From Macrostomum lignano (lineage: Eukaryota): a stretch of DNA of 64,000 nt. Shown here piece by piece: positions 1-11,531 of the stretch. The stretch is from assembly GCA_002269645.1 (NCBI GenBank), contig NIVC01000593.1:429454-493453 (forward strand). The letters are read 5' to 3'. A model generated the notes under the pieces. The model did no database searches. It was not told where the DNA came from and was given only the letters and a program-made list of their open reading frames with translations. The translations under genes were made by a program, and so were the position numbers. Position 1 is the first letter of the stretch. Each line of letters opens with the position of its first letter.

Positions 1-1
1 T

Positions 2-319
2 TCGTCGTCAACAGCGGCTCGACGCACGCAGTCTGGCGGCGACCCCGGCGGTCAGCGGTGGCGCCAGGTGCCAGTGCGGTTGCTAAGCGAGGAGGGCGAC
101 AGGCGGTTCAGCGAAGTCCGACTGCTGCCGCACCGGGCCGCGCCCAACTGCTCGGCGAACTCAACCAGCACCACCAGCAGCCGGATGGTGCGCCAGGCCG
201 GCGTCACCACAGCCTCGTCGGTCGCCTCCGTCCAAGAGGATGTGCTGACTAGAGAGACTGGCTCGGTCGGTTCGTCTTCGCCGGCTCGCAAGCCCACCGC
301 GCCAGTTCAGTGGCGCTGA
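2..319 (+). CDS. 3' terminal coding segment of an unidentified gene (open from the window edge; ...SEEGDRRFSEVRLL...PTAPVQWR*)
   Basis: Frame starting at nt 2 is open to TGA at 317-319. It is GC-rich like the other exons and composition drops to AT-rich right after the stop. No family recognised; the - strand also has short ORFs here. Confidence 0.5.
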   Translation, partial: SSSTAARRTQSGGDPGGQRWRQVPVRLLSEEGDRRFSEVRLLPHRAAPNCSANSTSTTSSRMVRQAGVTTASSVASVQEDVLTRETGSVGSSSPARKPTAPVQWR

Positions 320-517
320 CTTGAGCCTGCTTGAGTCTACATATACTTTTATATTGCGCACCGATTGGTGCAGACTCGAATTCTGCTGCACTCCAATCAG
401 ATAAGAGATGAGATGAGAATTGGATCTGGTGAACTGGAGTGCGTGTACTCACCAGCTGATTGATGGTAGAACAGGTGTTTTATAATGGCTCTGGCTCTCA
501 TTTTTTGTAGAGGCCTT

Positions 518-1376
518 CACCTGTTAGACAGTGATACTCACCTGTTAGACAGTGACTCTCACCTGTTAGACAGTGATACTCACCTGTTAGACAGTGATAC
601 TCACACCTGTTAGACAGTGATACTCACCTGTTAGACAGTGATACTCACACCTGTTAGACAGTGGTACTCACCTGTTAGACAGTGGTACTCACCTGTTAGA
701 CAGTGATACTCACCTGTTAGACAGTGACTCTCACCTGTTAGACAGTGATACTCACCTGTTAGAAAGTTACTCTCACCTGTTAGACAGTGGTACTCACCTA
801 TTAGACAGTGATACTCACCTGTTAGACAGTGACTCTCACCTGTTAGACAGTGGTACTCACCTGTTAGACAGTGTTACTCACCTGTTAGACAGTGATACTC
901 ACCTGTTAGACAGTGACTCTCACCTGTTAGACAGTGACTCTCACCTGTTAGACAGTGATACTCACCTGTTAGACAGTGATACTCACCTGTTAGACAGTGG
1001 TACTCACCTGTAAGACAGTGATACTCACCTGTTAGACAGTGACTCTCACCTGTTAGACAGTGATACTCACCTGTTAGACAGTGGTACTCACCTGTTAGAC
1101 AGTGACTCCCACCTGTTAGACAGTGGTACTCACCTGTTAGACAGTGGTACTCACCTGTTAGACAGTGACTCTCACCTGTTAGACAGTGTTACTCACCTGT
1201 TAGACAGTGATACTCACCTGTTAGACAGTGACTCTCACCTGTTAGACAGTGACTCTCACCTGTTAGACAGTGACTCACCTGTTAGACAGTGACTCTCACC
1301 TGTTAGACAGTGACTCTCACCTGTTAGACAGTGTTACTCACCTGTTAGACAGTGACTCTCACCTGTTAGACAGTGG
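518..1376. repeat. ~21-bp minisatellite (CACCTGTTAGACAGTGATACT), ~40 units
   Basis: Direct inspection of tandem units with small indel variants. Confidence 0.97.
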
Positions 1377-1800
1377 TCTTACAATTTAGTCGCAGCACAT
1401 CATGCTGCACTGACGGATGCAGAAAGGCGCAAACAAAGAACATCGTAAAAAACGATGCTTTAAATTTCGTTCACTTTTCTCGAATCCCATACTCGTGTTG
1501 CATCAAAATTTATAAAACACGTAGCTTCTGGCCAATGCAATGTACTTGAATACATAGATTACTTGAATATTATTATCATTTTTTCCACTTCCTAATGAAC
1601 AGAATAATGTGTAATTCATGTATTTTTTGCTTGATCAGCCTCACGAGCGATAAGCTACTTTATTAGACTAAGTCAGCAAGGTTGTAATAGCTGTGGAAAC
1701 ATAAATAAGCCTTTTAATCTACATTTGCTTTGCAACCAATTAGAATGGAAATCTCGGACAATCTTTGGCTTATTTACCATTAATTTTACAGCAGTCATAA

Positions 1801-2840
1801 AATGGGTCTACACTGGGTCAAGTTGTACCGTGGGTCAAGCTGTGTCTACAATGGGTTAAGCTGTGTCTACAATGGGTCAAGCTGTATCCACAATGGGTCA
1901 TGCTGTATCCACAATGGGTCAAGTTGTATCTACAATGGGTCAAGCTGTATCCACAATGGGTCAAGTTGTATCTACAATGGGTCAAGCTGTATCCACAATG
2001 GGTCAAGTTGTATCTACAATGGGTCAAGCTGTATCCACAATGGGTCAAGCTGTATCTACAATGGGTCAAGCTGTATCCACAATGGGTCAAGCTGTATCTA
2101 CAATGGGTCAAGCTGTCTACAACGGGTCAAGCTGTGTCCACAATGGGTCAAGCTGTCTACAATGGGTCAGCTGTGTCTAAAATGGGTCTAGCTGTCTACA
2201 ATGGGTCAAGCTGTGTCCACAATGGATCAAGCTGTATCTACAATGGGTCAAGCTGTGTCTACAATGGGTCAAGCTGTCTACAACGGGTCAAGCTGTGTCC
2301 ACAATGGGTCAAGCTGTCTACAATGGGTCAAGCTGTGTCTACAATGGGTCAAGTTGTATCTACAATGGGTCAAGCTGTATCCACAATGGGTCAAGTTGTA
2401 TCTACAATGGGTCAAGCTGTATCCACAATGGGTCAAGCTGTATCTACAATGGGTCAAGCTGTATCCACAATGGGTCAAGCTGTATCTACAATGGGTCAAG
2501 CTGTCTACAACGGGTCAAGCTGTGTCCACAATGGGTCAAGCTGTCTACAATGGGTCAGCTGTGTCTAAATTGGGTCAAGCTGTCTACAATGGGTCAAGCT
2601 GTGTCCACAATGGATCAAGCTGTATCTACAATGGGTCAAGCTGTGTCTACAATGGGTCAAGCTGTCTACAACGGGTCAAGCTGTGTCCACAATGGGTCAA
2701 GCTGTCTACAATGGGTCAGCTGTGTCTAAAATGGGTCAAGCTGTCTACAATGGGTCAGCTGTGTCTAAAATGGGTCTAGCTGTCTACAATGGATCAAGCT
2801 GTGTCTAAATTGGGTGAAGCTGTGTCTAAATTGGGTGAAG
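1801..2840. repeat. ~21-bp minisatellite (ACAATGGGTCAAGCTGTATCT) with 19/21-bp variants
   Basis: Direct inspection; explains ORFs 1802-2779. Confidence 0.97.
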
Positions 2841-3791
2841 AAGACCAATTATTCGAGTTAGGATATAGATACTAAAAATACAAACCAAACAGAAATCATA
2901 TAAGTTTTCATTTTCAATTTATTCAGAAACAAAATCAATTTCAAGTCAGTTGAACTGATGTTATTTACAAATTCAATAAATTTACAATCAAATCTAGGAG
3001 TTCTGTCAAAAAATCAGGTAGACAGGCCGAAAAAGAAACAACAGCGACAATCAGAAGCAACGAAGCTGAAATAAAAAAAAAGAAGAAAAAACTCTGCAGC
3101 AATTTTTTGACGCGCCCTGTCTTAACATTGTGTCGGTAAAATAATTTGTACGGACACAGAGCCGAGGGCAACATTTTGAAGGCTGGGTTTGCGCCAGAAA
3201 TAAAGAAAAACTATTTGGGAGGCAAATCCAGCCTCCCAAAAATGCTTTCTAAGAAACTAGGTTTTCCCGTCCTCCTACAAATCGCCCCTGATCCAAGCAG
3301 CACAAAAACCCATAAAAATCAATTATTGTAGTCATTGATAGCGGTTAAAAATATAATTTTATCTACAGGAATCGATACGTTCAATCTTTTACATACAAAA
3401 TATAATAAAAACAGCGTTGAACTGCCAGCTACTCAATGACGAGATTTTCACCTTTTTGAAGCATTGCGACAGTTCAGCCAAGCCATTGCGGTCTTCACTA
3501 ATTGTAAAACTCTGCGCAAGAAATTTACAAAATATTCATCATTTTTGCTATCTAAAAACATCGGCTGGAACTCTGAATAAGGTAGAAATTATTTACAATT
3601 ATTAATAATGTGTGTGCTATATTGAGCAACAAAACATAACCGGTTTTTACTACAGTTAAATAAGTGATGTATTTTACAATATGCGAATTGCAGACTCATT
3701 CCCCGTGCTTGTCCAGAACTGCTCTCAGATAAAATATCTTTAACTGCCCTCACTCTGAGAGGTATAATGCACATTCAATTCTGCGCAGGCC

Positions 3792-4210
3792 AATGTACAT
3801 CAATGCTAGACCGATAAGTCGATAACCAAATGCGTCACGTGACTCTCTGTTAATAAAATATTTTATCTAGCGGTTTAACTGCCCGTACCCTTGAGGGTTT
3901 GATATATCTATGTACAGTCGCTGCCGATGTACATCAATGCTAGACCAAAAATCCAGCGCGTCACGTGACTCGCTGTTAATAAAATATTTTATCTAGCGGT
4001 TTTAACTGCCCGTACCCTTGAGGGTTTGATCTATCTATGTACAGTCGCTGCCGATGTACATCAATGCTAGACCAAAAATCCAGCGCGTCACGTGACTCGC
4101 TGTTAATAAAATATTTTATCTAGCTTTACTGATTATCTATCTATGTACAGTCGCTGCCGATGTACATCAATGCTAGACCAAAAATCCAGCGCGTCACGTG
4201 ACTTGCTGAT
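3792..4210. repeat. ~126-bp tandem repeat, ~3.5 units, each containing GTCACGTGAC
   Basis: The unit GTACATCAATGCTAGACC...GCGTCACGTGACTC...TAATAAAATATTTTATCTAG recurs with spacings of 126, 127 and 106 bp. Confidence 0.93.
3834..4202. promoter_or_regulatory. Four perfect CLEAR-type E-box palindromes GTCACGTGAC (3834-3843, 3960-3969, 4087-4096, 4193-4202)
   Basis: Exact 10-mer matches seen. GTCACGTGAC is the established TFEB/TFE3 CLEAR consensus. Function here is inferred only. Confidence 0.5.
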
Positions 4211-4699
4211 TAAAACTCATACTGGACACACGAGGACTTGATGCTGTGCATACACTAGTATAACAAAATATTTACAAACAAAAATACTCCGAGGAAAAAA
4301 GGTACTGCTGGAAGCTATTTAGTAAGCAAGCAGCGATAAAGCAATCAATATAGCGGCCATAAATTAAAACAAAAGAAATTGTGAGAAAACCCAGATTTTT
4401 CTACATGACTTGTCTAGGACAGAGCGGAGATATGAATTATATGAATTACATTTCAAGAACGGATGCACGATGATTGCACAGAGCTTAGCCTTAATTACAA
4501 ACCAGTTTGCTATATTTTGATTGTTGTTTAAAAAAGCTGCAATTAAAGCAACTATAAAACAAATCTGCTCGGGTTAAAAAATTCTCTCATATAGCCAAAC
4601 AAGAATTTAGCAAGCAAAGCGCTCAACCAGCTACTGACAAGTAGGCGCAAAAGGATTTTACGAGTAGCGAAAAGAACGCACAGCAGATTGAGCACCAAA

Positions 4700-4975
4700 T
4701 CAACTAAAGGAGGACCCGGGCTCGTCAGCCATAGAATCATCGCTGTCGCAGGCTATCACGATTGGCTCCTGTTTAACGGTGGCGTTCCGCTGCACCTGAC
4801 TGTCGGCTGTGACTGTCGGCAAACCCTGCTGTCCAGCTGCTGCTTGATCGGCGCCGCCAGACGACAGCAGGCACAGCAGGTCTCGGATCAGATGGTCGTC
4901 GCCGGCGATGCCGCATTCCGCGTCGCCATCGTCAGCTTTGGCAATTCCGTGGGATATCATCACCTTGTGCAGATC
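4700..4975 (-). CDS. Mitf: MiT/TFE bHLH-ZIP factor, last coding exon (DLHKVMISHGI...VKQEP...SSFS*)
   Basis: Acceptor tcccag at 4976-4981, phase 0 from the previous exon. MQ|DLHKVMISHGI aligns to MITF IQELEMQARAHGL. VKQE is a SUMO consensus like MITF IKQE. TGA at 4702-4700. Confidence 0.8.
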   Translation of the reverse strand, partial: DLHKVMISHGIAKADDGDAECGIAGDDHLIRDLLCLLSSGGADQAAAGQQGLPTVTADSQVQRNATVKQEPIVIACDSDDSMADEPGSSFS

Positions 4976-5012
4976 CTGGGATCCGAGAAAAGGGATTGAT
5001 GCGTTTAAAATT

Positions 5013-5571
5013 GGAGGCCGGCCCAGCAACTGGGGATCTGGGAGGCTGGCCCAGCAACTGGGGATCTGGGAGGCTGGCCCAGCAACTGGGGATCTGGGAG
5101 GCTGGCCCAGCAACTGAGGATCTGGGAGGCTGGCCCAGCAACTGAGGATCTGGGAGGCTGGCCCAGCAACTGAGGATCTGGGAGGCTGGCCCAGCAACTG
5201 AGGATCTGGGAGGCTGGCCCAGCAACTGAGGATCTGGGAGGCTGGCCCAGCAACTGAGGATCTGGGAGGCTGGCCCAGCAACTGGGGATCTGGGAGGCTG
5301 GCCCAGCAACTGAGGATCTGGGAGGCTGGCCCAGCAACTGGGAATCTGGGAGGCTGGCCCAGCAACTGAGGATCTGGGAGGCTGGCCCAGCAACTGAGGA
5401 TCTGGGAGGCTGGCCCAGCAACTGAGGATCTGGGAGGCTGGCCCAGCAACTGAGGATCTGGGAGGCTGGCCCAGCAACTGGGGATCTGGGAGGCTGGCCC
5501 AGCAACTGAGGATCTGGGAGGCTGGCCCAGCAACTGAGGATCTGGGAGGCTGGCCCAGCAACTGAGGATCT
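5013..5571. repeat. 28-bp minisatellite (GGGAGGCTGGCCCAGCAACTGAGGATCT), ~20 units, filling most of a MiT intron
   Basis: Direct inspection; lies within intron 4976-5629. Confidence 0.97.
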
Positions 5572-5629
5572 AAATTATTAAAATAGACAGAAACTAAGGT
5601 AGCCAGATAAGCTTTGAGCAGCTACTCAC

Positions 5630-5789
5630 CTGCATTCGCACAAACAGTTCCCTATTGAGCTGCTCCACCTTGCGCTGACGATCAGCAGCCAGATCCAGCC
5701 GCTCCTGCAGCCGACCATTCTGCGTCTGAATGTCGCGAATGTACTCTACTGACGCCTTCAATATGTTGCCCTTGTTCTTCTTCAGATCG
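5630..5789 (-). CDS. Mitf: MiT/TFE exon: helix 2 and leucine zipper (DLKKNKGNILKASVEYIRDIQTQNGRLQERLDLAADRQRKVEQLNRELFVRMQ)
   Basis: Manual translation (absent from the ORF track). Acceptor ttttcacag and donor CAG|GTGAGT. Matches MITF NKGTILKASVDYIRKLQ...RQKKLEHANRHLLLRIQ. Confidence 0.93.
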
Positions 5790-5958
5790 CTGTGAAAAGG
5801 GCGGGTGATTTGAAAAAAAATAGTAGTGCCAATTAAAATGGTAAAATTTTTATGTACACTCTGTGTGCCTTGGGGTTGGCCGTCATAGGTGTGAGTTGCT
5901 ACTTACTAAATGAAAAGTAAGTAGTAAAGATGGTCAGGGTGAAGAATTGGCTACTAAC

Positions 5959-6416
5959 CTGTCCTTGAACCAGGCCTTCGGAATGCAGTCGCCCAGCTCG
6001 CTAATCTGATGATTAATATTATCCCGCCGTTTCCGTTCGATACGATTGTGCGAATCTTTTTTGCAGCGCTCGCGATTCACTGTAGCCGGCGAAGCTGAGG
6101 CGACCGAGGCGGTGTCGGCCCTGCCGGAGTCGCTGCCCGCGTGTTCAAGAAGGCAGGCCAGGCCGGCGCTACGGCTGTTGGGCAGCGGCGAGGTCTGCAG
6201 AGCCAGCAGGTGGGTGGAGCCGGCCGGAGCCGAGAAGGCGTCCGCTCGAGTGCCGCCGCCGCTGCCACCGCCTCCGCCAGACACGCCGGCGTCCTCTTCA
6301 TCGTCATCTTCGTCTCCATCATCGTCTGGATCGTCGGTGAGGACGCGACTGACGTCCAGTTGGTGGACAGCGGCGGAGACGGCGGCTCCGGAGCCGAAGC
6401 CGCAGCCTACTGTGAC
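5959..6416 (-). CDS. Mitf: MiT/TFE exon: acidic/Gly linker, basic region and helix 1 (RERCKKDSHNRIERKRRDNINHQISELGDCIPK)
   Basis: Part of ORF 5934-6500. Donor AG|GTTAGT at 5958 (phase 2, giving Ser with the next exon). Acceptor ccctcag at 6417; a second possible AG lies near 6450. Matches MITF [33 protein letters not shown]. Confidence 0.92.
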
Positions 6417-6539
6417 CTGAGGGATCCGGATAGGAGGGCTGGTGAGAGGCACGGAGTGCAAAAATGCATGACCCATCCCTGACCCATTCTTAGTATACAT
6501 ACTTCAAGTAATTCATCCCTTATCCATCAGCCATCTACG

Positions 6540-7265
6540 ATATGACCCAAACCTGACCCAGTCTCTATGACATGACCCAACCTTGGCTCAGTCTCTATGA
6601 CATGACCCAACCTTGGCTCAGTCTCTATGACATGACCCAACCTTGGCTCAGTCTCTATGACATGACCCAACCTTGGCTCAGTCTCTATGACATGACCCAA
6701 CCTTGGCTCAGTCTCTATGACATGACCCAACCTTGGCTCAGTCTCTATGACATGACCCAACCTTGACCTAGTCTCTATGACATGACCCAACCCTGACCTA
6801 GTCTCTATGACATGACCCAACCTTGACCCAGTCTCTATCTACATGACCCAACCCTGACCGAGTCTCTATCTATGACATGACCCAACCCTGACCCAGTCTT
6901 TATCTACATGACCCAACCCTGACCCAGTCTCTATCTACATGACCCAACCCTCCGGACCGAGTGTCTATCTATCACATGACCCAATCCTGACCAGTCTTTA
7001 TCTGCATGACCCAACCCTGACCCAGTCTTTATCTACATGACCCAACCCTGACCCAGTCTCTATCTACATGACCCAACCCTCCTGACCGAGTGTCTATCTA
7101 TCACATGACCCAATCCTGACCAGTCTTTATCTACATGACCCAACCCTGACCCAGTCTCTATCTACATGACCCAATCCTGACCCAGTCTTATCTACATGAC
7201 CCAAACCTGACCGAGTCTCTATCTATGACATGACCCAATCCTGACTCAGTCTCTATCTACATGAC
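6540..7265. repeat. 30-bp minisatellite (CATGACCCAACCTTGGCTCAGTCTCTATGA), degenerating distally
   Basis: Direct inspection; intronic. Confidence 0.95.
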
Positions 7266-7689
7266 ACACCCTGAAAATCCTGAATTCACGTACAAGCTTC
7301 AGAGGCGGTTTAACTGAAAGAACTCTTATCAATGGCTTGCCAGACGCAAATTTCCGACGTAATTCTTTTTGGAACTGAGCCAAAGAAATTCAGTCACTAA
7401 TCATATCGGAGGCTCTCAACAACACTAAATAGGGTTTCTAATTTTCTTATTTACTATACAAACACAGCTTTCTATACTTTAGAAGTATAAAATAGCACAG
7501 CTACAATATTACAGCAAGTAGCTGCAATCATTTGGAAATGTCACTCCGCTAAGACTAGACTGGGGTGCGATCGTCTAACGGCGCTGAGAACAGAGCGACA
7601 CCGGGTGCCAAAGATATAGATAACCGGCTGAAAATGACAGACAAATAGATTAATAAATAAATAGATAGAAAGATAGATACATACATAAA

Positions 7690-9057
7690 TAAATAAATAA
7701 ACGACAGAGGACAAATAAACAGACACAGACAGGCAAACAGACAAACAAACAGACAGACACAGACAGGTAGACAGGCAGGTAGACAGACAGACAGGCGGAC
7801 AGACAAACAGACACAGACAGACAGACACTAAGACAGACAGACAGGCAGGCAGACAGACAGACAAGACACACAAACTGACAGACAGACAAGACACACAAAC
7901 TGACAGACAGACAAGACACACAAACTGACAGACAAGACACACAAACTGACAGACAGACAAGACACACAAACTGACAGACAGACAAGACACACAAAAAACT
8001 GACAGACAGACAAGACACACAAACTGACAGACAGACAAGACACACAAACTGACAGACAAGACACACAAACTGACAGACAGACAAGACACACAAACTGACA
8101 GATAGACAAGACACAAAAACTGACAGACAGACAAGACACACAAACTGACAGACAGACAAGACACACAAACTGACAGACAGACAAGACACACAAACTGACA
8201 GACAGACAAGACACACAAACTGACTGACAGACAAGACACACAAACTGACAGACAGACAAGACAAACAAACTGACAGACAGACAAGACACACAAACTGACA
8301 GACAAGACAAGACACACAAACTGACAGACAAGACAAGACACACAAACTGACAGACAGACAAGACACATAAACTGACAGACAAGACAAGACACACAAACTG
8401 ACAGACAGACAAGACACACAAACTGACAGACAGACAAGACACACAAACTGACAGACAGACAAGACACACAAACTGACAGACAGACAAGACACACAAACTG
8501 ACAGACAGACAAGACACACAAACTGACAGACAGACAAGACACACAAACTGACAGACAGACAAAACACAAACTGACAGACAGACAAGACACACAAACTGAC
8601 AGACAGACAAGACACACAAACTGACAGATAGACAAGACACACAAACTGACAGACAGACAAGACACACAAACTGACAGACAGACAAGACACACAAACTGAC
8701 TGACAGACAAGACACACAAACTGACAGACAGACAAGACACACAAACTGACAGACAGACAAGACAAACAAACTGACAGACAGACAAGACACACAAACTGAC
8801 AGACAGACAAGACACACAAACTGACAGACAAGACAAGACACACAAACTGACAGACAGACAAGACACATAAACTGACAGACAAGACAAGACACACAAACTG
8901 ACAGACAGACAAGACACACAAACTGACAGACAGACAAGACACACAAACTGACAGACAGACAAGACACACAAACTGACAGACAGACAAGACACACAAACTG
9001 ACAGACAGGCAAGACACACAAACTGACAGACAGACACACAAACTGACAGACAGACAC
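7690..9057. repeat. 25-bp ACAG-derived minisatellite (ACAAGACACACAAACTGACAGACAG)
   Basis: Direct inspection; source of the C/L/S/V-rich pseudo-ORFs 7541-9111. Confidence 0.97.
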
Positions 9058-9539
9058 GAAATGATGCAGCTCCATCTGGAGTATGGCAACAGCGCTACAC
9101 CCCGCGATCAACCCAATTCAGTCACTGCATCAGTTTAGTCATAGGCGCAGAGAGACGAGAAACATAATAAATGGCACAAAGTAGGCAAACAGTAAAAGCG
9201 TGCTTTTAACAGACAGAAGCACAGTCAGTTGCCCTGCTGTAATATCTTTGCAACAGAATTGCAGAGTTGCAGCTAATCAAGTTACAAAATCAGTGCAGCA
9301 CTGCTGCAAAGTATAGCCATTGAAGCCACGCACTCAATGTAAAGTATTGAAATCTAAGTTGGTGGATCTGTTACAGCATAGCGGCACACAGATTATTATC
9401 TAAAAAGAGTGCGAAGAGAAGAGCTTAAATTTTGGACACAGATAGATGCTTATGAGCTGAAGTGACACGAGAGACAAGAAGTTAAAGTACAAATTATTTG
9501 TACTTTAACTTCGACCAACCAAGGGTTCTTACTCTTCAT

Positions 9540-10083
9540 CTCTAGTCTATGATGATCTACTGTATCTCACTCTCAATCTCTAGTCATAGTCATAGATCAT
9601 CTATGATCTATGATGATCTATCTCATCCTACCTCCATCTCTAGTCTATGATGATCCATCTCACCCTCCATCTCTAGTCTATGATGATCTATCTCACCCTC
9701 CATCTCTAGTCTATGATGATCCATCTCACCCTCCATCTCTAGTCTATGATGATCCATCTCACCCTCCACCTCTAGTCTATGATGATCTATCTCACCCTCC
9801 ATCTCTAGTCTATGATGATCTATCTCACCCTCCACCTCTAGTCTATGATGATCTATCTCACCCTCCATCTCTAGTCTATGATGATCTATCTCACCCTCCA
9901 TCTCTAGTCTATGATGATCTATCTTACCCTCCATCTCTAGTCTATGATGATCTATCTCACCCTCCATCTCTAGTCTATGATGATCTATCTCACCCTCCAT
10001 CTCTAGTCTATGATGATCTATCTCACCCTCGATCTCTAGTCTATGATGATCTATCTCACCCTCCATCTCTAGTCTATGATGAT
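9540..10083. repeat. 33-bp minisatellite (CTATGATGATCTATCTCACCCTCCATCTCTAGT)
   Basis: Direct inspection; intronic. Confidence 0.97.
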
Positions 10084-10621
10084 ATCATTTTGAATCTGTG
10101 AGCACACGCAGTAATACAATAATTTTCTATTCAGCTAAGCAGTACAAAAAAGCATACGTGTTTGGGGAGAACACCTGTCTACTCCGAGACAAGATAATAA
10201 CAAGGTGGCGAACAGAAATTGAGCAGAGGCACGTGACAGACGCTTGGAACCCCTTTTTCCCATAGCCTCGTGCGTCACCCAAACTCGAAATTGCCTAAAA
10301 TTAGGCACTCGACATCTCGCCTTGAAAAAAACCCAGTCACCCAGACCAGACTCAGCTAGTACACTATAGCAATTAACTCCCAAAGCGATTTGCATTGGAA
10401 AAAATAGCTCAACATCTGTCGAGGGTCTGGCAATTACTAAGACAGTCTCTAAGAAGGCGGTACTGATGAAAACATGCCTTGTCTAAAGCAACGATTTCTA
10501 CAGAGATGCGGTGACTGGATCGACTGCTACGAGAGGAATTCAGACCAGGTTTCCGCATTGAAAACCAAATGATATACAAACCACAGGAAACCCTCATCTA
10601 CCGTATACTGCTAACTGACAT

Positions 10622-11490
10622 TTATACAAGCTACCGGACATTCTCCATCTATACAAGCTACCGGAAATTCCCTATCTATACAAGCTAACGGACATTCCCC
10701 ATCTATACAAGCTAACGGACATTTCCCATCCATACAAGCTACCGGACATTCCCCATCTATACAAGCTAACGGACATTCCCCATCTATACAAGCTAACGGA
10801 CATTCCCCATCTATACAAGCTAACGGACATTTCCCATCCATACAAGCTACCGGAAATTCCCCATCTATACAAGCTAACGGACATTCCCCATCTATACAAG
10901 CTACCGGACATTCCCCATCTATACAAGCTACCGGACATTCCCCATCTATACAAGCTACCGGACATTCTCCATCTATACAAGCTACCGGAAATTCCCCATC
11001 TATACAAGCTACCGGACATTCCCCATCTATACAAGCTACCGGACATTCCCCATCTATACAAGCTACCGGACATTCCCCATCTATACAAGCTAACGGACAT
11101 TCCCCATCTATACAAGCTAACGGACATTCCCCATCTATACAAGCTAACGGACATTTCCCATCCATACAAGCTACCGGAAATTCCCCATCTATACAAGCTA
11201 ACGGACATTCCCCATCTATACAAGCTACCGGACATTCCCCATCTATACAAGCTACCGGACATTCCCCATCTATACAAGCTACCGGACATTCCCCATCTAT
11301 ACAAGCTACCGGACATTCCCCATCTATACAAGCTACCGGACATTCCCCATCTATACAAGCTACCGACATTCCCCATCTATACAAGCTACCAGACATTCCT
11401 CATCTATACAAGCTACCAGACATTCCTCATCTATACAAGCTACCATACATTCCCCATCTATACAAGCTACCGGACATTCCCCATTTCCCA
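10622..11490. repeat. 27-bp minisatellite (TATACAAGCTACCGGACATTCCCCATC)
   Basis: Direct inspection; ends about 40 bp from the MiT donor at 11531. Confidence 0.97.
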
Positions 11491-11531
11491 TCTACACAAC
11501 CTACAGGGCAGAGATTCCCAGAGAAACTCAC

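Noticed and set aside
1802-2779. Overlapping ORFs (STMGQAV, YNGSSC and LQWVKLY repeats)
   Set aside because: All three frames are open only because the 21-bp unit lacks stops; 19-bp variants shift frames freely
518-2840. CRISPR-like appearance of the regular short repeats here and elsewhere
   Set aside because: Units are directly adjacent with no unique spacers, there are no cas genes, and the context is eukaryotic with introns
4976-5561. N-terminal part of ORF 4700-5533 and the parallel ORFs (LLGQPPRSSVAGPASQ repeats)
   Set aside because: Intronic 28-bp array; only 4700-4975 is a spliced exon in phase with the zipper exon
7541-9111. 427-498 aa Cys/Leu/Ser/Val-rich ORFs
   Set aside because: Translations of an ACAG-derived minisatellite inside the MiT intron
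9610-11396. ORFs with HPPSLVYDD and ACIDGECP repeats
   Set aside because: 33-bp and 27-bp arrays in the MiT intron; a consensus donor at 11531 removes them from the mRNA
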